Origin: Telmatocola sphagniphila
Lineage (GTDB): Bacteria; Planctomycetota; Planctomycetia; Gemmatales; Gemmataceae
Length of the DNA stretch: 32,000 bases
NCBI RefSeq assembly: GCF_018398935.1
Contig: NZ_CP074694.1
Location: 4,440,001-4,472,000 of the forward strand
Reading direction: 5' to 3'
A program made the translations under genes and the position numbers. Positions 8,413-15,248 of the stretch are shown here, piece after piece (positions within the stretch are counted from its first letter, which is position 1; the number at the start of each line of letters is the position of its first letter). The notes beneath the pieces were generated by a model, which was given only the letters and a program-made list of their open reading frames with translations, was not told the origin of the DNA and did no database searches.

Positions 8413-11253
8413 TCAGCCGCCGTTCGACTCGGAATTTCCAAAAGCTTTCTGCTGGTGGTGCGACAGAGCGCGAAGAATCGTATCGAGCACGCTGTTGAGT
8501 TGCTTGCCGACGTCTTCGGCCAGGAAGCGCAATACGAAATAGCCATGCTCCTGCAAGTGCATATCCTTGCGGCGGTCGCGGCGATAAGCTTCCGGGCTGT
8601 CGAAGTGCTGGGCGCCGTCCAACTCAATGGCGAGCCGGGCTTCGGCGTATAGCAGATCCACTTCCATTCTGCCGTTGCCGTCGAAGGGAATCGGCAGTTC
8701 AGCGTTCAGTCTAAACCGCCCGGTTGTTGCGGGAAGGGTCTGTAAACGTTGATAGAGAAAAGCCTCGCTTGCGCTGCGGGCACGATCGATTTCATTAGCT
8801 TCGAAAGCGACCGACGTTGCCGCTTGCGTGAACAGGTTCGCCAAGGGAGCATCGACGCCGTCGCGGATCAGCCGCTGGACGCTGGCTGCGTAGTCCGCTT
8901 TCCATTGTGGATCGACGGGCAAAGGAACGCTCGCCGGCCAACCCGGCACCGCGCTGGCAGGGAGCAAAATCGTATAACCCACAGCCTCGTAGCCGCGGCA
9001 ACGCCGGTCGAACATACGAGCCAGCATGGGTACGTTCAGGTCGACATAGTCGTACACGCGCACTTCGCGTTTGCTATGATACAGCCTGTGCAGCCGGCCT
9101 ACATATTGCGCGATTGTGCCGCGCCACGAAATCGGCAGTGTTAGAAATAGGGTATCCAGGCGCGGATCGTCGAAGCCTTCGCCGATATAGCGTCCGGTTG
9201 CGAGCAAGACACGCGGCTCGCATTCGGGAATTGCTGCTAATTTGCCGGCACCTTCGCCGATTTCTTTTCTACTCATGCCTCCGCGCATCACAATCAGATG
9301 CCGAACGGTGCTGGATAATTGCTCAGCCAGCAGGTCGAGATGCTCGTTGCGTTCGGTCAATACCAAAGGCGACCGGCCCTCGGCAACGGCCTGAAGCACG
9401 TCAGCGCAGATGAACCGGTTGCGAACCGGATCTACAACCAATTCTGAATGCAACTCTTGAAATTGGACGCGCCGATCTTCAGCGACAATTCCCTGAGAAC
9501 AAAAGCCCGTCGGCCGGACATGGACGGTATGCACGAAGGGACGCTCAGCTGCCTGCTTCTTGGCATCGACTCGATATCGAATGGGTCCGCACTGCATGAA
9601 AATCATCGGATGATGGCCATCTTTTCGAGCAACTGTGGCGGATAGGCCGGTGACGAATCTGGATTTTGCCAGGCGGACGACTTGCTCGAAACTGGCCGCG
9701 GGCAGATGGTGGCATTCGTCCACGACGAGATGCCCGTAATCCCCGAGCAAATCGAGTCCGGCTCCTTGTCGCGATAAGCTTTGAATTAACGCCACATCCA
9801 GCAAGCCGGTCGGTTTCTTGCGCCCGCCGCCGATTTGACCAATTTCTTTGGGCGGCAGATTCAGAAACGTTGCCAAACGCTGCACCCATTGCTCCATCAA
9901 CTGCCGGAGATGCACGAGAACCAAAGTGTTAACGCCTCGCTTCGCAATGAGCCAAGATGCGACCACGGTCTTTCCAAAAGCCGTTGTGGCGGCGAGCACG
10001 CCCGTGTCGTGTGCCAGCATTGCGTAGGCTGCGATCTCCTGTTCGTCATGCAAATGGCCGTGAAACGCAGCTTCCAGCGGCTTGCCCTGCTGGCGTTCAT
10101 CCCGCAAGCCGATGCCTATTCGCAGATCTGCAAGGAGAGCTTGAACTTCGTCCATGCAACCGCGAGGAAGGCCGATATGCTGCGGATGGTCCTCGGCACC
10201 AACAATAATGCGCGGCTTGCCAAATGTCGGCAGATGCATCGCTTGGGCCTTGTAGAATTCGGGATTCTGAAAAGCTGCCATCCGAACGAGACGGTTTTGC
10301 AAGTTGGGAGTCAGTTGGTCCTTGGCGATGGTGAGCTGATTGCAAAGGATCAATTCGACTCGGCTCGGCAGCGGCCCGTCGCAAGGGAGTTCTTTTCGAC
10401 GACTCACCGAAGGCACTGTCCAGTAATGAGCGTCGTCCTCTTCTACGGGAGCGAATCGCACGCCGATGATCCGCCCCGCTTTTTCCGCACGCGAGACGAT
10501 GGACTCGGCACCGACTCGGTCGATTCGCCGAACCGAAGACAGCAACTCCCATTGGTCGACGTGCGGTTTGAAATCGTCGTCCAGGAAAACGCTGTTGCCC
10601 CGTTCGCGCGATACTTTCTGCAAAGGAAGCGCGATCGAGTTGCCGAAACCGCCTTGAGGGAGCGTATCTTGGTTGGGGAAGCAATGATCGTAGGAATCCA
10701 ACCCAATTTCCGGCTGCCGATCCATGGTTTCGGTCAGCAAGTACGCCCCGAGTTTGCGCGCCAGAACGGCAGGAATTGCTTCGGCGAAGAACAGCCAAAG
10801 ATGACCGCTGTTTCCGCTTCGCGATTGCTCCAGCGCCGCCGGCAAGCCGAGGCGGCGGCACGTGTCCATCACCGCCTGTGCATCCTTCCGCCAATTCTGT
10901 TTGTCCAAGTCGATGGCCAGAAAGAAGCACCTCTCGTCGCGCAACAAAGGGTAGACACTCATGACGAAGTCGCGCCCCGCGTCATCTTGTCCGGACAGGT
11001 GCCAGCGGACGGCATCGTCAGTCACGGGTAAGAATCGTTGGTGCGGGCAGGCGGCACATTTGATGCGAGGCTTTTCGCATACTCCCTGTATCCACTCGTT
11101 GCCGCACGCGAGCGCATACCCCGACTTGCCTGTGCGGAGGCTTTCAAACCGGCGGGCATAGACGTCGTCGCGTCCGCGAAAGAGCGTTCGAAACAGGGCA
11201 ATCTTGGCCTTGGGAGAAGAAAGACGATTGACGGGTTGGAGCTGGCGGTTCAT
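8413..11253 (-). CDS. Fusion protein: archaeo-eukaryotic primase (AEP/PrimPol-like) N-domain + SF2 DExH (ResIII-type) helicase + C-terminal DUF559/Vsr-like PD-(D/E)xK endonuclease
   Basis: 946 aa. AEP motifs: FFLAIDLD (DxD, nt 10903..10923), SGNSGHLWLFF (sGxxH, nt 10786..10818) and GLDSYDHCFPNQD, plus a Cys cluster CGNEWIQGVCEKPRIKCAACPH. Helicase motifs: Walker A TAFGKT (nt 9967..9984), DECH (nt 9709..9720, checked on the DNA), SAT, and QYVGRLHR (motif VI). C terminus: EVDLLYAEARLAIELDGAQHFDSPEAYRRDRRKDMHLQEHGYFVLRF, the classic DUF559 pattern (nt about 8464..8796). Confidence 0.85.
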   Translation of the reverse strand: MNRQLQPVNRLSSPKAKIALFRTLFRGRDDVYARRFESLRTGKSGYALACGNEWIQGVCEKPRIKCAACPHQRFLPVTDDAVRWHLSGQDDAGRDFVMSVYPLLRDERCFFLAIDLDKQNWRKDAQAVMDTCRRLGLPAALEQSRSGNSGHLWLFFAEAIPAVLARKLGAYLLTETMDRQPEIGLDSYDHCFPNQDTLPQGGFGNSIALPLQKVSRERGNSVFLDDDFKPHVDQWELLSSVRRIDRVGAESIVSRAEKAGRIIGVRFAPVEEDDAHYWTVPSVSRRKELPCDGPLPSRVELILCNQLTIAKDQLTPNLQNRLVRMAAFQNPEFYKAQAMHLPTFGKPRIIVGAEDHPQHIGLPRGCMDEVQALLADLRIGIGLRDERQQGKPLEAAFHGHLHDEQEIAAYAMLAHDTGVLAATTAFGKTVVASWLIAKRGVNTLVLVHLRQLMEQWVQRLATFLNLPPKEIGQIGGGRKKPTGLLDVALIQSLSRQGAGLDLLGDYGHLVVDECHHLPAASFEQVVRLAKSRFVTGLSATVARKDGHHPMIFMQCGPIRYRVDAKKQAAERPFVHTVHVRPTGFCSQGIVAEDRRVQFQELHSELVVDPVRNRFICADVLQAVAEGRSPLVLTERNEHLDLLAEQLSSTVRHLIVMRGGMSRKEIGEGAGKLAAIPECEPRVLLATGRYIGEGFDDPRLDTLFLTLPISWRGTIAQYVGRLHRLYHSKREVRVYDYVDLNVPMLARMFDRRCRGYEAVGYTILLPASAVPGWPASVPLPVDPQWKADYAASVQRLIRDGVDAPLANLFTQAATSVAFEANEIDRARSASEAFLYQRLQTLPATTGRFRLNAELPIPFDGNGRMEVDLLYAEARLAIELDGAQHFDSPEAYRRDRRKDMHLQEHGYFVLRFLAEDVGKQLNSVLDTILRALSHHQQKAFGNSESNGG

Positions 11254-11332
11254 AGGTAGTCACCATGCATTGCCCTTCCCTGAAGTTCGACTTGCTTTTG
11301 GAAAAACGAATGTAACTGTATTCAGCCGAGAA

Positions 11333-11758
11333 TCAGCGTCCCTTCGCACCGCAACAGAACTTATATTTCTTGCCGCTATTGCAGGCACATGGTGCATAGC
11401 GGTCGATATTAGAGATTCTTTGGGCTGGCGCCCCTCTTTTGGGAAGCTCCTGCTCCGAAGGACCACTTAGTGAAGGTCCAGCGGAAGCCCGTCGATGCAA
11501 GAACGGGAACATTTCGTGGTGTCTTTGGATCATGGGCATAATGACGGATTTCTTAAATGCATCGAATTCCTCGTCGTTCATGGCGAAACTCTTCTGTACG
11601 TCGCTTAACGTCTTCTCCCAGCTATCTTCAGGAAAAATTGCGAGATTATAGCACAGCTGGGCTATGGCGAAGGCTTTCTCAATCTGTTCCGGAGAACCAT
11701 CCGTCTGATCGAGAAGAGGCTTTGCGTAAGCCACAATTCCTTCCGCAATCGCGCCCAT
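11333..11758 (-). CDS. SEC-C motif (zinc-binding) domain protein
   Basis: 141 aa ending in an intact SEC-C motif, YAPCACNSGKKYKFCCG (nt 11348..11398). A GGAGAG SD lies about 8 nt upstream of the ATG. The helical N-terminal domain is of unknown function. Its stop is 79 nt upstream of the AEP-helicase start, on the same strand. Confidence 0.7.
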   Translation of the reverse strand: MGAIAEGIVAYAKPLLDQTDGSPEQIEKAFAIAQLCYNLAIFPEDSWEKTLSDVQKSFAMNDEEFDAFKKSVIMPMIQRHHEMFPFLHRRASAGPSLSGPSEQELPKRGAPAQRISNIDRYAPCACNSGKKYKFCCGAKGR

Positions 11759-11870
11759 ATCCGAGTCTCTCCAGTATTGGTCAATTCGAGCCGATGCGAG
11801 TTCGAAAACGCGTCGGCATTTAGGACTATTCCTGTACTCAGTTTATTGAGGTGTGCAACCGCGCGGCGAA

Positions 11871-13256
11871 TCACTTTTGCTTTAAGTTGAGTTTACGGGT
11901 GGACCGCTTACGTTTTGCGTCTGTCGGCGGTATGGCCGGTGCGCGAAGGCCCTTGCCGAACTTCGGGATCTCGATGTGCAATGCCGCATAGGTGTAGAGA
12001 TCGACTTCGGAACTCTCATTTCCAAAATATCCCCAAGCGCAATAATCGCAGGTATGAAGGTGTCCAGCCGCTGGAAGTTCCGGATCGCCGTTATCTTGGG
12101 ATTGCCGTGTTGAACTGTCCGAGGAGGGAGGAGGCTCAATCCAAGTGACGCCAAAACCGCCTTTCGTTTCGGAACTTCCTCGAATCGGCAAAGCGCTTTC
12201 GAGGTCGGACGCAGCCACCTGCCAGCCCAGTTTCGATTTCTCTTTGCTCGTCGGAAAGCGATCGAGTTGCCAGGTTTCATCGACGCAGCTTTCGAACATG
12301 TATGGGTTGAAGCTGACTTTCAATCCGGCCTGGAGCGATGTCGCCGCCACCAAATAATCGCGTCCTTTGAGCGCGGTTGAAGGCTGCTGATCGATGGAGC
12401 TCTGTTTGCTCTGAAAGCGTGCGTCCTGGTGGTAGAGATGGCAACAGGGATAACCGAGAATTCCGCCATTAGGAAGGAAACTCTCGTCGGCCAGCAAGGC
12501 CTGCCACGCTTCTTGAATGCGCGGCGCGAGATCCTCGCCAGCCACATCGTGTACCGGCACACCGCTTTCTCCGCGTCTTAGCAAATAGGTCAATGTGACG
12601 CGTGCACCGCTCCAAATTCTTTCGATCTGATGATCCACATCGCCGAAGAACGCGGCCCAATGAAGTTGATTCGGCTTCTTTTGCTTTTCGATGGCAGATC
12701 CCCAGTCGTACTTCTGCACGACTCCCCGGTGCCTCAAAACCAATTTGCCGTTCGAAAAATTCGACGGCAAACACACAACCAGCGTGCCAAACATATCGTT
12801 GCCGCGCGGTGTATCTTTGTGAGGCGCGAAGTGTCCGCCAGAGCTATAAACATTTACGGAGTAAAGTTCCGCTGAAATGAGATTAGGATCGTGTGGAACG
12901 AGTTCTCGTTGGATCTTCTTCAAAATGCCGGCGGATTCGGGGTCGAAGCCTTCGATGGAAAATCCGCCCTTCTCGGCCTTGAGTTGAAGCGCATCGCGCA
13001 CCATGCGATCGTAGCGGGTCTTTTTGCCGTCGCCAAAAGGCGCCGGCTCGCAGTGGTCGAGCAACGGCTTTAATTCATTCTTCTGCTCGAATGTACTTTT
13101 CGCGCGAGCGACTTCAAACCGGGTCTTATCCCGAAACATAAAAGCGATGGGATTTTTCGGAATGCAAGTTCCTTTGCATGAAAATGGAGCAGTCACTCCA
13201 TGGATTGCCAACCGCAAATTCTCCAGTGTCGATGTTGCTTTCTTGCTCATGATCAT
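11871..13256 (-). CDS. 2OG-Fe(II) dioxygenase, prolyl-4-hydroxylase-like superfamily, with an extended C-terminal domain and a basic tail
   Basis: 461 aa. The double-stranded beta-helix core is LYSVNVYSSGGHFAPHKDTPRGNDMFGTLVVCLPSNFSNGKLVLRH...AAFFGDVDHQIERIWSGARVTLTYLL. That gives HxD (H146/D148, nt 12813..12821, checked on the DNA), a distal His (H209) and a 2OG-binding Arg (R219). The C-terminal half carries LKGRDYL and a Cys/His patch HLHTCDYCAWGY. The tail DAKRKRSTRKLNLKQK is strongly basic. Confidence 0.75.
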   Translation of the reverse strand: MIMSKKATSTLENLRLAIHGVTAPFSCKGTCIPKNPIAFMFRDKTRFEVARAKSTFEQKNELKPLLDHCEPAPFGDGKKTRYDRMVRDALQLKAEKGGFSIEGFDPESAGILKKIQRELVPHDPNLISAELYSVNVYSSGGHFAPHKDTPRGNDMFGTLVVCLPSNFSNGKLVLRHRGVVQKYDWGSAIEKQKKPNQLHWAAFFGDVDHQIERIWSGARVTLTYLLRRGESGVPVHDVAGEDLAPRIQEAWQALLADESFLPNGGILGYPCCHLYHQDARFQSKQSSIDQQPSTALKGRDYLVAATSLQAGLKVSFNPYMFESCVDETWQLDRFPTSKEKSKLGWQVAASDLESALPIRGSSETKGGFGVTWIEPPPSSDSSTRQSQDNGDPELPAAGHLHTCDYCAWGYFGNESSEVDLYTYAALHIEIPKFGKGLRAPAIPPTDAKRKRSTRKLNLKQK

Positions 13257-13362
13257 AGATTTCCTGGTAGGAGCTCACAGTCGATTGATCCTTGGAAATA
13301 CAACATTTCTTGAATTTCTTGCCGCTGCCGTACAGACAGGGGTCATTGTGTCCCGCCTTCAT
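13126..13362 (-). CDS. SEC-C-motif mini-ORF overlapping the dioxygenase start; possible frameshifted N-terminal extension or remnant
   Basis: The track ORF 13126..13383 starts at GTG. ATG 13362 gives MKAGHNDPCLYGSGKKFKKCC, a typical SEC-C N-terminus but with the second Cys replaced by Tyr. After about 40 aa the sequence looks like out-of-frame read-through of the dioxygenase 5' region. It overlaps 11871..13256 by 131 nt in a frame offset by one base. Confidence 0.4.
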   Translation of the reverse strand: MKAGHNDPCLYGSGKKFKKCCISKDQSTVSSYQEIYDHEQESNIDTGEFAVGNPWSDCSIFMQRNLHSEKSHRFYVSG

Positions 13363-13440
13363 TGGCATTTCCCCCCATTGCACTTGTGAGATTCTACGCT
13401 TTCCCGAAAACTGCGTACAGAAAAACGTAACCTCTTACCC

Positions 13441-13478
13441 GAACGCCGCCGTTCCATTTCACTGGAACGGCGGCGTTC
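13441..13478. repeat. Perfect 16-bp inverted repeat (hairpin or operator-like palindrome)
   Basis: GAACGCCGCCGTTCCA (13441..13456), loop TTTCAC, TGGAACGGCGGCGTTC (13463..13478). It lies about 60-80 nt upstream of the SEC-C/dioxygenase start and about 145 nt outside the IS66 end. No adjacent T-run on either strand. Confidence 0.8.
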
Positions 13479-13622
13479 GCGTTGAACAGAACGAGATTCT
13501 CTCCGCAGTCGTAAGATCAGTTTGCCGTGGGCTTTGTGTCATGCAGCCGCCGCTGTAGCCCACTTTCCCAGCCCCGCACGCCAGCGATAAAAAGTTCAAT
13601 AGTGACTGTGAATGAAATCAAG

Positions 13623-15147
13623 GTAATCTTTCACTCTCCTGAACTGAGCTTCACGGGTAGAGCAGGTAGTTTCCCTGTAAGCGTGTAGGTGCGGAGGGCC
13701 GATTCGGTCTCCTTTAAAGGATCCGGGTCCCGCAGCTTCAGGGTTCGATAAATGCTCATCAGAATGCTTCGCGTCCGAGCCCCCTGCTGGCTGTAACTGC
13801 CGAAACTGACTTTCCGCATCATCACGCCCGGTCGGATTTCTCGCTCCCCCTTATTGTTGCTCTTGGGCACTCCCTCTATTTCCAGAAACGTTAATAGATC
13901 GTCGCCGTAATCGAACAAACGCTTGGCCAATCTCCGGGCGTGGCGGTTCGTCCACGGTCGCACCGCCAAATCGGTGATCCGCGTCTTAAGCCGCAGCAAT
14001 CGGCTGTCGTAGCTCTCCTGTTGCAACTCTTCGATACCCGCCTCCAAACGCACGGCATCGGCGTAAATCCGCCACAGTTTCTTGCAGAATTCTGGCCAAT
14101 CCTCGCCGCTTTCAGAGCCTTCATCGACCGCCGTCAGATCCCGCAACAAGTGAGGCCAACACTTCTGACGCTTCTGGGTCACGATGTCGTACACTTTCCA
14201 GAAGTCGCTGACCAGAACGCCCTGGAAGGCTTCCGTGAAGAAGACCTTCAAGGCCTCGTGACCCCGCTTGGGGTGAATCCGATAATAGGTCGCATCGTCC
14301 CGCGCAAAACACCACAGCCAGGACGTCACTCCTTCGGTTCGCCAGCCGGTCTCATCAGCGTGCAGGACGCCGGCCAAAAGACATTCGCGGTGAATCTGCT
14401 CGTACCAGGGTTCGAGTACCTCGGCCAGACGGTGCCAGATTTCGGTCAAGCCGCCCACGCTGAGTTTCATCTGAAGGTGGCCGTTGAAGACCTCCAGGAT
14501 CTGACTCGTCGTGGTACCCAGTCCGTAGTGCAGCCAGGCCGACAGGACCGTAGTTCGATGGCCCAGCTGACAGCCTGGCAGAGCGTCGGGAACAACCGGT
14601 TCGACCTGCTTTTTGCACTTGGGACACCAGTCGCGGTGAATCGTGTGTTCGGTTGTCTGAGCGTGCAAATCGTCGGGAATATCTTCGATGATCCTTAGGC
14701 GTTTGCGGTCGGTGCGTTGCAGAGCTCCCTGGCAGCAGGGACAGACCTCCAGTTGGTGGGTCTGGCGTTTATCGATGCGGGTGGGAATTGGGCGATAATG
14801 ACCGTCGTGTCCAGGCTTGGGGCCGGCTTTTCCCTTCTTTTTCTTGGGATTCGCATTCGGCTTTAAGTAGGGAGCGATGGATCCCGAGGGAGTGTTTGGC
14901 CCCAGAGGTATCGTGCCTGCAGCGACCGCGACGCTCAGCTGAAGTAACAGAAACTGCAATTCCAGGGGATCTCGATGAACGAACTCCCGAGCTTGTTCCG
15001 AAGTCAGCTTTCCGCTTCGGAACGACGCCAGGAAAGTGGGATCGAGAACGGGAGTTTCCGTTGATGTTGGAATCGCAGAAGCCATGACGGAGTGATAGCA
15101 AATTGCAACCCCTCGCGCAAGACCAGTTCAGGGAAGTGAAAGGTTAC
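13623..15147 (-). mobile_element. IS66-family insertion sequence, single-ORF (ISBst12-like) type, apparently intact
   Basis: Terminal inverted repeats both begin with GTAA. One end reads GTAATCTTTCACTCTCCTGAACTG (13623 onward). The reverse complement of the other end reads GTAACCTTTCACTTCCCTGAACTG (up to 15147). They match at 21 of 24 positions. The repeats enclose a single full-length transposase ORF; total length is 1525 bp. No clean flanking target-site duplication is visible. Confidence 0.75.
13631..15085 (-). CDS. IS66 family transposase
   Basis: 484 aa with a basic N-terminal region (NPKKKKGKAGPKPGHDGH) and a zinc-finger-like segment (HQLEVCPCCQGAL...WCPKCKK). DDE-domain context motifs include LHADETGW and ...VLVSDFWKVYD.... 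The layout is typical of IS66 TnpC-type transposases. Confidence 0.85.
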   Translation of the reverse strand: MASAIPTSTETPVLDPTFLASFRSGKLTSEQAREFVHRDPLELQFLLLQLSVAVAAGTIPLGPNTPSGSIAPYLKPNANPKKKKGKAGPKPGHDGHYRPIPTRIDKRQTHQLEVCPCCQGALQRTDRKRLRIIEDIPDDLHAQTTEHTIHRDWCPKCKKQVEPVVPDALPGCQLGHRTTVLSAWLHYGLGTTTSQILEVFNGHLQMKLSVGGLTEIWHRLAEVLEPWYEQIHRECLLAGVLHADETGWRTEGVTSWLWCFARDDATYYRIHPKRGHEALKVFFTEAFQGVLVSDFWKVYDIVTQKRQKCWPHLLRDLTAVDEGSESGEDWPEFCKKLWRIYADAVRLEAGIEELQQESYDSRLLRLKTRITDLAVRPWTNRHARRLAKRLFDYGDDLLTFLEIEGVPKSNNKGEREIRPGVMMRKVSFGSYSQQGARTRSILMSIYRTLKLRDPDPLKETESALRTYTLTGKLPALPVKLSSGE

Positions 15148-15248
15148 CCATTCAGAATCAAGAGACGAAACTGTCCTAATGTTGGAATTCATTTCGAAAG
15201 AATATTTACTGGGGGATTTGATCCACCCCATTTTGCGCGGACACGGAG

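Noticed and set aside
9835-11031. 398-aa + strand ORF and 277-aa off-frame minus ORF (10097..10930) within the AEP-helicase gene
   Set aside because: Both overlap a gene with clear AEP and helicase motifs in another frame. Their translations are Arg/Ser/Pro-rich nonsense.
13940-14698. 252-aa + strand ORF inside the IS66 element
   Set aside because: It is antisense to the full-length IS66 transposase and shows no motif. Canonical IS66 accessory genes (tnpA/tnpB) would lie on the same strand, upstream of the transposase, and are not present.
13616-15162. AATCAAG heptamer on both sides of the IS66 element as a possible target-site duplication
   Set aside because: The left copy abuts the inverted repeat (13616..13622), but the right copy (15156..15162) is 8 bp away from the IR end. 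It is therefore not a clean TSD, and the exact termini remain uncertain.
15211-15231. tRNA T-arm-like sequence on the minus strand (GGGG-TGGATCAAAT-CCCC)
   Set aside because: No acceptor, D or anticodon arms can be folded around it. It lies in the region expected to be the terminal part of the IS3 remnant.
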